DNA of 64,000 nucleotides from an uncultured Pseudomonadota bacterium. Lineage in GTDB: Bacteria > Pseudomonadota > Alphaproteobacteria > RF32 > CAG-239. Position numbers and translations under genes: made by a program. Shown one piece after another: positions 28,301-39,700 of the stretch. The DNA lies in the NCBI GenBank assembly GCA_949295915.1, contig CASFNB010000002.1:45729-109728 (forward strand), read 5' to 3'. Every line of letters starts with the position of its first letter. The first letter of the stretch is position 1. Below the pieces are notes generated by a model. It was not told where the DNA came from. It saw only the letters and a program-made list of their open reading frames with translations, and made no database searches.

Positions 28301-29758
28301 TTATTTCAATTTCTCGGCAATCATTTTGTTCACGATTGCAGGATTGGCTTTGCCTTGCGATTTTTTCATCACTTGACCGACGAACCAACCCAAAAGGTTG
28401 CTCTTTCCGGCTTTGTAAGCAGCCACATTATCAGGAGCCGAAGCAATAACTTCATCAACAATTGCTTCAATCGCACCGGTATCAGTCACTTGTTTCAAAC
28501 CTTTTTCTTCCACGATTTTTTCAGGATCGCCGCCGGTTTCAGCCATAATCACAAAAACATCTTTGGCTGTTTTGCCGTTAATCACGTTAGAAGTAACAAG
28601 TTCAACAAGTTTACCGAGATTTTCGGCAGTAATGGGAGAATCTTTAAGCTCAAGTTTCTTTTCGTTAAGCATGGCAAAGAAATCACCCATCAACCAGTTG
28701 GCAACTTTTTTAGCATCATGACCAAGGGCTGCTTTTTCAAAGAAATCAGCAGTTTCTTTATTTTCGCAAATAACAGCTGCATCATAAGCGGTTAAACCGA
28801 GTTCTTTGACAAAACGCGCACGCTTGGCATCAGGAAGTTCAACCATATCGGTTTTAACTTTGGCAATGTAGTCATCATCCAAAACCAAAGGCAACAAATC
28901 AGGCTCGGGAAAATAACGGTAGTCATGAGCATATTCTTTTTTACGCATTGGTTTGGTTAAACCGGTTGAGGCATCAAATTTACGCGTTTCTTGCTCGATT
29001 TTACCGCCGGATTCATAAACTTCGACATGGCGTTTAGCTTCATTTTCAATCGCTTGCATCACAAATTTAACCGAGTTAACGTTTTTCATCTCGCAACGGG
29101 TACGATATCCCTCTTCGCCGACTTTGCGGACAGAGACATTCACATCACAACGCATGGATCCTTCATCCATATTACCGTCGCAAGTACCAAGATAACGAAG
29201 AATTGAACGTAATTTGCGCAAAAAAGCACCCACTTCTTCGGGAGCGCGAAAATCGGGTTTTGTAACAATTTCCATCAACCCGACACCGGCACGATTCAAA
29301 TCAATAAAGCTTTTATCGGGAGCCATATCATGAATGGATTTTGCCGCATCTTGTTCAATATGCAAACGCTCGATACCGATATCTTTGGTTGAGCCATCCG
29401 CCAAATCAATGGTAACATGCCCCTCACCCACAATCGGATATTGAAATTGTGTAATCTGATAACCTTGCGGCAAATCGGCATAGAAATAGTTTTTGCGAGC
29501 GAATGCGGAATATTTATTAATTTTGGCATTTAGCCCCAAACCTGTTTTAACCGCCTGATAAACGCAATGCTCGTTTAAAGTCGGCAACATTCCGGGCATA
29601 CCGGCATCGACAAAAGAAACATTTTCATTGGTATCCGAACCATAATGCGTGGAAGCACCGGAAAAGATTTTAGATTTTGAAATAATCTGACAGTGAATTT
29701 CCACACCGCAGATAACTTCCCAAGAAGCGGTTTTTCCTTCAATAATCATCCCTGTCAT
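28301..29758 (-). CDS. gatB: Asp-tRNA(Asn)/Glu-tRNA(Gln) amidotransferase subunit B
   Basis: Full-length GatB homology (…WEVICGVEIHCQI…, C-terminal YqeY-like domain). Last gene of the gatCAB operon. Confidence 0.95.
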   Translation of the reverse strand: MTGMIIEGKTASWEVICGVEIHCQIISKSKIFSGASTHYGSDTNENVSFVDAGMPGMLPTLNEHCVYQAVKTGLGLNAKINKYSAFARKNYFYADLPQGYQITQFQYPIVGEGHVTIDLADGSTKDIGIERLHIEQDAAKSIHDMAPDKSFIDLNRAGVGLMEIVTKPDFRAPEEVGAFLRKLRSILRYLGTCDGNMDEGSMRCDVNVSVRKVGEEGYRTRCEMKNVNSVKFVMQAIENEAKRHVEVYESGGKIEQETRKFDASTGLTKPMRKKEYAHDYRYFPEPDLLPLVLDDDYIAKVKTDMVELPDAKRARFVKELGLTAYDAAVICENKETADFFEKAALGHDAKKVANWLMGDFFAMLNEKKLELKDSPITAENLGKLVELVTSNVINGKTAKDVFVIMAETGGDPEKIVEEKGLKQVTDTGAIEAIVDEVIASAPDNVAAYKAGKSNLLGWFVGQVMKKSQGKANPAIVNKMIAEKLK

Positions 29759-31218
29759 TATTTTATTCCTTTTCTGAAAGCGGCGTCTTGTTCCAAAGCG
29801 CTGGCGGTTTTAAAAATAGTTCCTTCGTCAAAAGCTTTACCGATGAGTTGCAAGCCTAAAGGTAAACCATCGTGAGAAAGTCCCATCGGCAAGCTCATGG
29901 CAGGAAGTCCGGCCAAGTTAACCGAAACGGTAAATACGTCATTGAGCCACATATTAATCGGATTTTCCTGCATAGATTTATCGCCGATCGGAAATGCCGT
30001 AACCGGAGAAGTCGGAGTCAAAATGATATCGCATTTTTCAAAAGCATTGATAAAGTCTTGACGAATAAGACGACGCACTTTTTGCGCTTTGAGGTAATAA
30101 GCATCATAATATCCGGCGGAAAGAACATATGTACCGACCATAATACGACGTTTAACTTCTTTACCGAAACCTTCCGTTCTAGTATTGATGTACATATCAT
30201 CAAGGGATTTTCCATTTATGCGCAATCCGTAACGCACCCCGTCATAACGCGCCAAGTTAGAAGACGCTTCTGCCGGAGCAATGATGTAATAAGTCGGCAA
30301 AGCATATTTGGTATGCGGTAAAGAGATGTTGACAATCTCGGCACCTCTGGCTTTGAGCATCTCAATTCCCTTATCCCAAAGAGCGGAAATTTCGGCATTT
30401 AGACCTTCGGGACGATATTCGGCGGGAATACCGATCTTCAAGCCTTTAATATCTTGATTTAAGAAAGCTTCAAAGTTCGGAACTTCCACTTTGGCAGAAG
30501 TTGAATCTTTAGCATCATAACCGGACATCACGTTCAACATAACGGCACAGTCACGCACGTCTTTGCACATCGGACCGGCTTGATCTAGAGAAGAAGCAAA
30601 AGCGATAATACCATAACGAGAGCAACGCCCGTAAGTCGGTTTAATACCGGTAATACCGCAAAAAGCCGAAGGCTGACGGATTGAACCGCCGGTATCGGTA
30701 CCTGTGGCAGCGGCACACATATTAGCGGCAACGGCTGCAGCCGAACCACCGGAAGACCCACCGGCAACAAGCGGAACATCTTTGCTCCACGGATTAACGA
30801 CCGGACCGTAATAACTGGTTTCATTGCTACCGCCCATAGCAAATTCATCCATATTGAGTTTACCCAAGAAGCAGGCGCCGGCATTCAAGAGTTTGGAAGT
30901 CACGGTAGATTCATATTGTGGTTCAAAACCCTCGAGGATATGAGAGCACGCGGTAGTACGAATATCTTTAGTGCAATATAAATCTTTGATTCCAAGAGGA
31001 ATACCCTCTAAAACGCCGTTAGTACCATGAGCATATTTTTCATCTGATTTTTGTGCTTGAGCCAAAGCCACATCGGGAGTTTCTAAAACATAAGCATTAA
31101 ACTTGCGCTTATTATCCATTTCATCAATATAAGCTTTTGTCAGTTCAACAGCGCTAAACTCTTTTTTCTTTAAGGCATCTCTTGCCTGAGCAATTGTCAG
31201 TTCGGTTAATTTTGTCAT
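29758..31218 (-). CDS. gatA: Glutamyl-tRNA(Gln) amidotransferase subunit A
   Basis: Amidase signature region (…[13 protein letters not shown]…) and its position between gatC and gatB. Confidence 0.95.
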   Translation of the reverse strand: MTKLTELTIAQARDALKKKEFSAVELTKAYIDEMDNKRKFNAYVLETPDVALAQAQKSDEKYAHGTNGVLEGIPLGIKDLYCTKDIRTTACSHILEGFEPQYESTVTSKLLNAGACFLGKLNMDEFAMGGSNETSYYGPVVNPWSKDVPLVAGGSSGGSAAAVAANMCAAATGTDTGGSIRQPSAFCGITGIKPTYGRCSRYGIIAFASSLDQAGPMCKDVRDCAVMLNVMSGYDAKDSTSAKVEVPNFEAFLNQDIKGLKIGIPAEYRPEGLNAEISALWDKGIEMLKARGAEIVNISLPHTKYALPTYYIIAPAEASSNLARYDGVRYGLRINGKSLDDMYINTRTEGFGKEVKRRIMVGTYVLSAGYYDAYYLKAQKVRRLIRQDFINAFEKCDIILTPTSPVTAFPIGDKSMQENPINMWLNDVFTVSVNLAGLPAMSLPMGLSHDGLPLGLQLIGKAFDEGTIFKTASALEQDAAFRKGIK

Positions 31219-31241
31219 ATTTTTGAACCTTTAATAAAATT

Positions 31242-31529
31242 TTATTCAACAACTTTGGGAACGGTGAAATATCCGTATTGAGCCTGAGGGGCATTTTTCA
31301 AAACAGCATCGGCTTGATTCCCTTCAGTTACAACATCTTGTCGCAAGGTCAAGTTTGTATCATTAACCGAAACAAGAGGTTCAACACCATCGGTATTCAC
31401 TTCGCTTAACTGTTCCACCCAGTTAAGAATTTTATTAAATTCATCTTCCGTTTCTTCAATTTTATCATCATCAATTTTCAGATGAGAAAGGAACGCAATT
31501 TTTTTTACGGTTTCTTTATCTATGGCCAT
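31242..31529 (-). CDS. gatC: Glutamyl-tRNA(Gln) amidotransferase subunit C
   Basis: 95-aa protein in the conserved position upstream of gatA. Confidence 0.85.
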   Translation of the reverse strand: MAIDKETVKKIAFLSHLKIDDDKIEETEDEFNKILNWVEQLSEVNTDGVEPLVSVNDTNLTLRQDVVTEGNQADAVLKNAPQAQYGYFTVPKVVE

Positions 31530-31600
31530 CTTTATTATCCTCTATTTAAACTTATACAAAAATAGAACAATTATCTAATTTTGCAATAAAAAACTTGAGT

Positions 31601-33460
31601 TTACATATCAATTTGCATCGGCGGCAAAATAGCATTATATTTCAGACGATTAAACATTTGAATGGATTGGATTTCCGCATCAAAATTCTTCAACACACCG
31701 GATACAACCAAACCACGCCCGCCGCTGACAAGCTGTTGCAACTTTTCTTGCAGAGTTTTTTCTTTGGGATAGAACTCAATACGCACTTTTTCATCATCTT
31801 TTATTTGAGCGGCATATTGAGCCAAAGCGAGAGCAGTTTCAATGCCGCCGAGTTCATCAACCAACTTAACATTTTTAGCTTGTTCGCCGAGCCAAACACG
31901 ACCGCGAGCAAGCTTATCCATTTCTTTTTCAGACAAATTTCTGGCCTTTGCGACTTTTGAAGTAAAATCTGAATATACGGCATCTAATGATTTGTTAAAT
32001 ATTAATTTTTCAGATTTTGAAAATGGTATATTTGAGCTTAAGATTCCGGCATTTTGCCCAAAAGCCAAACGTTCCCAATGAACACCAAGCTTTTCCCATA
32101 GATTTTGTAAAACCATTTTACCGCCCAACACACCGATAGAACCGGTAATTGTAGACGGCTCGGCCACGATTTTGTCTCCGGCAATAGCCACAAAATAACC
32201 GCCGGATGCGGCATAATCCCCCATCGAAACAATAACGGGAATTTTCTTTTTTGCCTTAAGTTGCTCAATTCCATGCCAAATATCATTAGCGGCGCCATAA
32301 CCTCCTCCGGGAGAATTTACTCTTACAACTAAAGCCTTTATGTTTTTATCTTCATCTATTTCTTTAAGTTGAGAAAGAACGGTATCACTCCCTGTTACAA
32401 TATCATCCCTTAAAGAATCTACCGAGCTTTCCCCTTCAGCTATAATGCCGTCAATAACCAACAGAGCAATTGATGTCGTACCTTTTTTATGATCTCGAAT
32501 ATTTGTTTCATAATCAAGCAAATCTATCAACTCGGCTTGATGATCTTTTTCAAGGCTATCCGAATAATCTTGCTTAAAAGCAATTTTATCAACCAACTTG
32601 GCACCCAAAGCTTCTTCCGAAGACAAGGGCGCATTATTAATTAAAGCAATAACTTCATTTTCAGAAATATTGCGAGCCTCGGCAACATCATGAACAATAC
32701 GATTAAAAATACCTTCCCCAAGTTTTTTCATCTCTGTTTTGAAAGGAGCCGACATCCTTTTGTCAGTCATTGAATCCATGGCTGTTTTATATTCATAGCG
32801 GCTATAAAACTCCGGTCGGACACCGATTTTATCTAATACATCGCGAAAGAACGGAATTTCCAAGCCTATACCGGTAATGCCGACTTCACTGTTCGGGGCA
32901 ATTGCAATTTCATCAAAAACGGATGCCAAGTAATATTCTTTGGTACCACGCCCGAAAGATCCGAAACTCGGTGCGTAAAGATAGGTTTTTTTGCCTGTTT
33001 TCTTAAAATTGATAATTGTTTGACGTAAGTCTTGAATTTGCGCCAAACCGAGAGAAGAAACGCTAATTTTTCCGACTATTGCTTTTACCCTACCATCAAA
33101 GGCAGCAACATTAATAGCCTTTATCATATCAAAAAAGTTTTGATTATAGACACCGGATAGTTCAGCCACAATATCATTATCTTTAGTTTCGGAAAAGTTT
33201 TCATCAAAATCAATGTAAAGTATGGCGGAAGGCGGCACAGGAGAAAGTTTTTTTCCCTGAGGTCGTAACATTCCTAAAATCAAAAACAAAATCAAAATAA
33301 AAATCAAACCAAAAATGGCAAAAGCATAAATCAAAGATTTGGTCAACAATTTTGCCACTTCAATCTTCTTTTTATCCTGTTTACTTTCCTTAGGGAAAGG
33401 CATATCAAACTCATTCATATTAAACCTCATAAAACCAAAAATTGATTTTATATTAAACAA
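31601..33460 (-). CDS. sppA: Signal peptide peptidase SppA (67K type)
   Basis: Two ClpP/crotonase-like halves, the second with a catalytic-serine context (…SMGDYAASGGY…). N-terminal TM. The start may instead be at 33418 (MNEFDM). Confidence 0.85.
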   Translation of the reverse strand: MFNIKSIFGFMRFNMNEFDMPFPKESKQDKKKIEVAKLLTKSLIYAFAIFGLIFILILFLILGMLRPQGKKLSPVPPSAILYIDFDENFSETKDNDIVAELSGVYNQNFFDMIKAINVAAFDGRVKAIVGKISVSSLGLAQIQDLRQTIINFKKTGKKTYLYAPSFGSFGRGTKEYYLASVFDEIAIAPNSEVGITGIGLEIPFFRDVLDKIGVRPEFYSRYEYKTAMDSMTDKRMSAPFKTEMKKLGEGIFNRIVHDVAEARNISENEVIALINNAPLSSEEALGAKLVDKIAFKQDYSDSLEKDHQAELIDLLDYETNIRDHKKGTTSIALLVIDGIIAEGESSVDSLRDDIVTGSDTVLSQLKEIDEDKNIKALVVRVNSPGGGYGAANDIWHGIEQLKAKKKIPVIVSMGDYAASGGYFVAIAGDKIVAEPSTITGSIGVLGGKMVLQNLWEKLGVHWERLAFGQNAGILSSNIPFSKSEKLIFNKSLDAVYSDFTSKVAKARNLSEKEMDKLARGRVWLGEQAKNVKLVDELGGIETALALAQYAAQIKDDEKVRIEFYPKEKTLQEKLQQLVSGGRGLVVSGVLKNFDAEIQSIQMFNRLKYNAILPPMQIDM

Positions 33461-33559
33461 ATAGCATTATATTCACAAGTTTTGCACACAACTTCTACAC
33501 AAGCCAAACAAAAAAAGGACGATATTTCTACCGCCCTTCTGCTATTGATTATATTGGTA

Positions 33560-34387
33560 TTATTCAGCCAAAGAAGCAGCAGTTTCCGTAGCTTTATCCA
33601 AATTAATCATGCCTTGGATATGGTAACCGCAATCGACATGGAGTACTTCACCGGTAATACCTGTTCCCAGAGGAGAAAGCAAGCCCAAAGCGGCCATACC
33701 GACTTCTTCTTGGGTAACGTTACGACGCAAAGGAGCATTGAGCTCATTCCAATGTAAAATCTTTCTAAAATCACCGATTCCGGAAGCAGCCAAAGTTTTA
33801 ATCGGTCCGGCAGAAATGGCATTAACACGAACTCCTTGTGCCCCCATATCACTGGCGGCATAACGAACGGCAGCTTCCAAAGCGGCTTTAGCAACGCCCA
33901 TAATATTATAGTTCGGCAAGATTCTTTCACCGCCGAGGTAAGTCAAAGTCATGATGGCGCCGCCTTCATTCATAATCGGAGAAGCGCAACGGCAAGCTTC
34001 CAAAAAAGAATAGCAAGAAATTTGCATTGTGTTGGCAAAGTTAGCACGAGTTGTATCAATGGTACGACCTTTGAGCTCATTTTTATCGGAAAAAGCAATA
34101 GCATGAACAAGGAAGTCAATTTTACCCCATTTTTCACCGAGTTCTTTGAAACAAGCTTCAACGCTTTCGGAGTCGGAAACGTCGCATTTAATCAACAAAG
34201 GCTCTTTGTCAAGTTGAGCAGCCAAAGGCTGAACTCTTTTTTCCAAAGTTTCATTCTGATAAGAAATAGCGAGTTGAGCGCCATGAGCATTCAAAGCCTG
34301 AGCGATTCCCCAAGCAATCGACTTGTCATTAGCCAGTCCCATTATGAGACCTTTTTTTCCTGCCATTAACGGTGCGGGTGTAGCCAT
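33560..34387 (-). CDS. fabI: Enoyl-[acyl-carrier-protein] reductase (NADH)
   Basis: GKKGLIMGLANDKSIAWGIAQ Rossmann motif and the catalytic Y…K region. An alternative start at MAGKKG (34366) is plausible. Confidence 0.9.
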   Translation of the reverse strand: MATPAPLMAGKKGLIMGLANDKSIAWGIAQALNAHGAQLAISYQNETLEKRVQPLAAQLDKEPLLIKCDVSDSESVEACFKELGEKWGKIDFLVHAIAFSDKNELKGRTIDTTRANFANTMQISCYSFLEACRCASPIMNEGGAIMTLTYLGGERILPNYNIMGVAKAALEAAVRYAASDMGAQGVRVNAISAGPIKTLAASGIGDFRKILHWNELNAPLRRNVTQEEVGMAALGLLSPLGTGITGEVLHVDCGYHIQGMINLDKATETAASLAE

Positions 34388-34488
34388 AATATTTTCCTTT
34401 GCAATCTTAAAAATTAAATATATTGTTATACAGTCTATGACACTATTATAAAATTTATGTGTTTTTGTAAATAACTTTTTTTATCGAG

Positions 34489-35433
34489 TTGCGTATGTAT
34501 TGGAAAACTAAATTTAAGAATGCGGCAGTAACGCTGAAAAAATTTTTGATATTTTTAGTCCGTCGAGCCAAGAATGACACCATTTTCAGAGTATCATCAT
34601 CATTGAGTTACACCTCATTAATAGCTATAGTTCCGTTATTTGTCATCGGCTTGGCAATTTTTTCCGCTTTTCCTGGATTTACGACAATAAAAGAGCAATT
34701 TCAAGATTTTATATTGAAAAATTTTGTACCCGATATCGGACAAGAAATCAGCCAATATTTTGTAAGTTTTTTAAATGCCTCGGCACAGGTCACGACAATT
34801 GGCGTTGTCGGTTTGGCGGTTACGTCGATTATGTTGCTTTCGACCATAGAGAACAGCTTAAACTTCATATTCAAAGTATATAAGCCAAGAAACATCAAGA
34901 CTAAAATCACCTTATATTGGACGGTTATAACTTTAGGTCCGATATTATTAGGAGCAGCCTTTTCTTTACGCAGTTATCTGTTCACATTACAAAACCTAAT
35001 GCCGGAAGAATTGAGCAATTCCATGTACTTAAGCCAAATGATACCCAATCTGATAACCATGTTGGTATTGGTTATGGTCTATGTTTTAGTCCCTAACAAA
35101 AAGGTTAAAATTTCCAATGCTTTGGTTGGAGCATTTATTGCCGTTCTGTTGTTTTGGGTTTTAAGAAAAAGCTTCGGCATATTGGTTATTGAAAATGCCA
35201 CTTATAAAACCTTATACGGAGCCTTAGCTGCCCTTCCCGTTTTTCTGATTTGGATGTATTTGGCATGGAGCGTGGTTATTTTTGGTGCGGTTGTTACGGC
35301 TGCCTTGGAAGAATATCAGGCCATTGAAGCCGAAAATGCTGAGGAAAACAAACGCTTAGAAGAAAAAACACCTTTAGCCAAAATCAAAAAAGTAAAAAAC
35401 ATAAAAAAACTCTTGCAAAAAGAACAAAAGTAG
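34489..35433 (+). CDS. YihY/BrkB family inner-membrane protein
   Basis: Family signature …SSLSYTSLIAIVPLFVIGLAIFSAF…, about 6 TM helices, and a C-terminal charged coiled-coil tail. Confidence 0.8.
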   Translation: MRMYWKTKFKNAAVTLKKFLIFLVRRAKNDTIFRVSSSLSYTSLIAIVPLFVIGLAIFSAFPGFTTIKEQFQDFILKNFVPDIGQEISQYFVSFLNASAQVTTIGVVGLAVTSIMLLSTIENSLNFIFKVYKPRNIKTKITLYWTVITLGPILLGAAFSLRSYLFTLQNLMPEELSNSMYLSQMIPNLITMLVLVMVYVLVPNKKVKISNALVGAFIAVLLFWVLRKSFGILVIENATYKTLYGALAALPVFLIWMYLAWSVVIFGAVVTAALEEYQAIEAENAEENKRLEEKTPLAKIKKVKNIKKLLQKEQK

Positions 35434-35538
35434 TACATTTTATTTTTCATAGGGATAAATGGCAAAGCAAAATTGTATTTTTTGTAAAGCAGTTTATAAC
35501 AATATCATTATACAACATTTAATGAGGTAAAAAAGAAA

Positions 35539-36576
35539 ATGGATAAACAAAAAGCACTGGATGCCGCAGTCAGCCAAATTGAAAAAGCTTTTGGAAAAGG
35601 CTCCATCATGCGCTTGGGACAAAATGATGCCAGCGTGGATATAGAAGCCATTTCTACCGGCTCAATCGGCATAGACATTGCCTTGGGTATCGGCGGTATG
35701 CCCAAAGGAAGAATTGTAGAAATTTACGGACCTGAAAGTTCCGGTAAAACCACCTTGGCCTTGAGCGTTATTGCTCAAGCTCAAAAGAAAGGCGGAACCT
35801 GTGCTTTTATTGATGCCGAACACGCTCTTGACCCCTCTTATGCAAAAAAAATCGGTGTAGATATTGAAAACTTGCTCATCTCTCAACCTGATGCCGGTGA
35901 ACAAGCTCTTGAAATTACCGACACATTGGTTCGCTCGGGCGCTATTGATGTTTTGGTTGTCGACTCTGTCGCCGCATTGGTTCCGAAAGCCGAATTGGAA
36001 GGTGAAATGGGCGACCAACACATGGGTTTGCAAGCGCGCTTAATGAGCCAAGCTTTAAGAAAATTAACCGCCACCGTATCTCGTTCCAACACTCTGGTTA
36101 TCTTCATCAACCAGATTCGTATGAAATTGGGCGTAATGTTCGGTAGTCCGGAAACAACAACCGGTGGTAATGCTTTGAAGTTCTATGCTTCTGTCCGTAT
36201 TGATATCCGAAGCATTGGCAAAATCAAAGATAAAGAAGATATTATCGGTACACAAACCCGCGTCAAAATCGTTAAAAACAAAGTTGCTCCTCCGTTTAAG
36301 GTTGTCGACTTTGATATCATGTACGGCGAAGGCATTTCCAAAACCGGCGAGCTGATTGATTTGGGCATCAAATCAGGCATTGTTGAAAAAGCCGGAGCAT
36401 GGTTCTCTTACAAAGGAGAAAAACTCGGTCAAGGTCGAGAAAATGCTAAATTGTTCTTGAAAGAACATCCTGATGTTGCTCAAGAAATTGAAAACAAAAT
36501 CAGAGCCGATGCCGGACATATCACCACAGAAATGATTGGTGACGATGAACCGATAGAAGATGAAGTGGCAGAATAA
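35539..36576 (+). CDS. recA: Recombinase A
   Basis: Walker [10 protein letters not shown] and the L1/L2 loops. Very high similarity to Rickettsia-type RecA. Confidence 0.97.
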   Translation: MDKQKALDAAVSQIEKAFGKGSIMRLGQNDASVDIEAISTGSIGIDIALGIGGMPKGRIVEIYGPESSGKTTLALSVIAQAQKKGGTCAFIDAEHALDPSYAKKIGVDIENLLISQPDAGEQALEITDTLVRSGAIDVLVVDSVAALVPKAELEGEMGDQHMGLQARLMSQALRKLTATVSRSNTLVIFINQIRMKLGVMFGSPETTTGGNALKFYASVRIDIRSIGKIKDKEDIIGTQTRVKIVKNKVAPPFKVVDFDIMYGEGISKTGELIDLGIKSGIVEKAGAWFSYKGEKLGQGRENAKLFLKEHPDVAQEIENKIRADAGHITTEMIGDDEPIEDEVAE

Positions 36577-36630
36577 GAATATCACGATTTATTCAAAACA
36601 CATCAAATAAGGAAATTTCCTTGTAGAAAA

Positions 36631-36668
36631 AATCCCCTTTGAAAAAAATTTTTAAAGGGGATTTTTTT
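36631..36668 (+). terminator. Rho-independent terminator after recA
   Basis: Stem atccccttt/aaaggggat followed by T7. Confidence 0.65.
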
Positions 36669-36772
36669 AACCTCAGCTTTCCGAACAGAGAGTATCAATA
36701 GACAAAAATAATTGACCTAGTTCCCAAAATATGCTAATTTGATTTTATAGTCATTTCAAAGGAATATATATT

Positions 36773-39700
36773 ATGTCTGATGACGAAGAAAAAATAAAAA
36801 ACATAAAAAACAATTTAAATGAATTTGACCTGCGCAACTTAAATTTGGCAAATTTTTCATCTCAAGAAGAAGCGCAATTTCATAATTATATCAAAGGCAT
36901 TTGCCAACGTCTGCTCGGCGACACGCTCAATTTGGATGAAAAAAACATAATTTTTGCTTTATCTGATCGAGATGAAACAAACGCAGCTCATATGTCAAAA
37001 AATAACATCAGCGTTATTTATATTACCGAAGAGCTGCTTAAATTATGCGATAATGAAGACCAGCTGGCTTTTATCTTGGGACACGAACTTGGGCATTATG
37101 AAGAAACCTTACGCCAAGGTTCAAATAAGTTTAATTCCAAAGCCGAAGAAACCTCCTGCGACTTACGTGCCATTCAGAAAATGGCTCGCGGCGGCTATAA
37201 TCTTGAAGAAGCCTGCAATGTCGCCTCAAAACTTTTTAACAATCCTTATATTTCTATTGAAGACCTGAAAGATCCCCACACAAACAACAATTCTCGTCTG
37301 AATCTGATTAATGCGATGAAAAAAAAGGAAAAAGACCGCATCATCGAAGAGCAAAACATAGAAATCACTCAATCCACCCCAATTCCACAGGATATTTTAA
37401 AAATAGTTCACGAAAGAACCGTACAACCGGATTTTATTGATATTTTAGATTCACAAATGGAACAATCCGCTCAAAAAAGCAATGATCCTGATGAAGCACA
37501 AGTTAATGTTTGGCTCAAAGCTTTTCAAGAACATATTATTTATGTCGAAAATTCATATAAAATGACGCAATACGATATTGAATCTTTTAAGTCTTGCCTT
37601 TACAACTTTAATGATAGCGAAGTCGCCATAGATAAGTTTCTTGCAGCTCTTTTTGCCGAGATGGAATCCATGCCCAAAGATGCTTATTATAACGCTTATA
37701 CGGAAATCATGCACAGCATCTTAGAGAGAATAGAAACCTTTGACGACTTTGACGACTTTCAAATTCATGCCGATAACAATGATTCTAAAACTGCAGCTTG
37801 GTTAAGATATTACCTTCACGGTTTCAGGGAAGCCGAAGGAGAAGATTTTTACAATATTATCAAAAAGTTGGACTTTGTTAAAAAATTTACGGCTCGGCAC
37901 GGTTGGGATGATGGTACTTACAAAGGAATTTTGGTCAAAGATTTTAATTTATTGGAACTTGACTTTAATGAAAGTGATGTCGGCAAAAAAATTTCCCCTG
38001 AAATCATAAATTATATTCGAACAAATCTTAACGCATATAACGAATTTGCCACCTTCAGCGGTTTAACCGTGCGAAAGATTGGCGATTCTTTACTCTTAAC
38101 CCAAGGCAAAAAAAATTGGAGCATTTTTGCAGATGCTTCGGGTAAAATTACATATTCATTTTCTACGCAAGATTTGAGCAAAATGCAAAATTTATTAGTG
38201 CAAGACAATATTGAAAATATTTATACAAATCTTGAAGACATAGCCTCAGGAAAAATTACCGATACGCGCCAACGCTTAAATATCTTAAAAAAAGCGTATC
38301 AAATTATTTCTCCCGTCTCAAGAAAAAATGATTTAAGCAACATTTTGGAAAAGCATGGCGCGGAAGATGATAAAAAAGAAATTTTGTATGATGACTTAAT
38401 TCCCATACTCTCAGATAAAGCTAAAACATTTTTTAGTGAGCGCATGGCCCAAACAAACGATAATTTGCCCTACACGCAAAAAATTACCGACTTATATGCA
38501 GATGTTATTCGTTCCGCCCCTAAAGAATACTTTGATGAAATATTAAGAACACTGACACAATATTTCCCTCGTCACCGATTAAGCGGTGAAGACAAGTTAA
38601 TGCGCGCCTTTTTGGATAATTCCGCTTTTGCAGACAAATTATCAACAGCGATTGAATCTTTTGAACCTTTTCCGGAGAAATCAAAAGGTTGGAAATTTCT
38701 TGAAATGTTTAGAATGCCGGATGCTAATCTTCGTTGTAGCTTGTCTAATTTTGTATCCAAAATAAAAACAATTACAGATTTCAAACTCAAAGAACATCTT
38801 GAACACGGCGGTAATTTTGATGATTTTGAACAGCCTTTTAAAAAAGATTTAGCCCGCCTGTTTGGATTCCATCCCTATGGTAGCATTGATGAAAAAGAAG
38901 CTTTAGACAATCTTAAGCGTACACGCAACAAAGATAAGACAGATACAACATTATATGAACAAGCCTATATTGCCTATTCTTCATATGATGCTCTCAAAAG
39001 CGATAGCTCGACGAATGCTGAACTTTTATGTGGATATAATGCTGCAGGCACTGAATTAACAAAACAATGTTCCTCCGAAAAACAGTTACTTAAATCTACG
39101 GAAAGATACCGGATTGATGCCGATGAAGCAAAACAAATTCTTGCAAGACAACAATCTTTACAGTCCGTAATCAATAAAATACACAATCGATTGACAGAAC
39201 GCACAAATCATGAAATTGAAAAAGGCAATATCTCTATTGTTGATATCAATGATATGCTTTCAAACAACGACTATCATGATAATGGTATTCATGGAAATCA
39301 CGGATTTGATACCATTATATCAAATTTTGATTTTGAAAAGCCCATTCTTCAGTATATGGAAAAAGGAAACGAATATGATATTGAAGCTTGTATATTTTCA
39401 TTATCAGGTATGGTAGAAGCTTATAAAAATAATACAAGAAAAGGTGATGCCTATAAAGAAAAAATTTGGCCTTACATTGCCAAGATTTTTGAACGAAAAG
39501 ATTTGACTGTTGAGAACAAAGTAAATTTTTTCCATCAACTTACATATGATAATGTTTTTGCAAGCGATTATAAAAGGTATTATGAAATACTTATCGGAAA
39601 AGACGGAAAAAGCGGTTTATTACATGAAATTGACAATTTAAGATATCCGGATGATAAATTTTACCGTTATCTAAAACTCTTAGATAAGAATACGCGTATT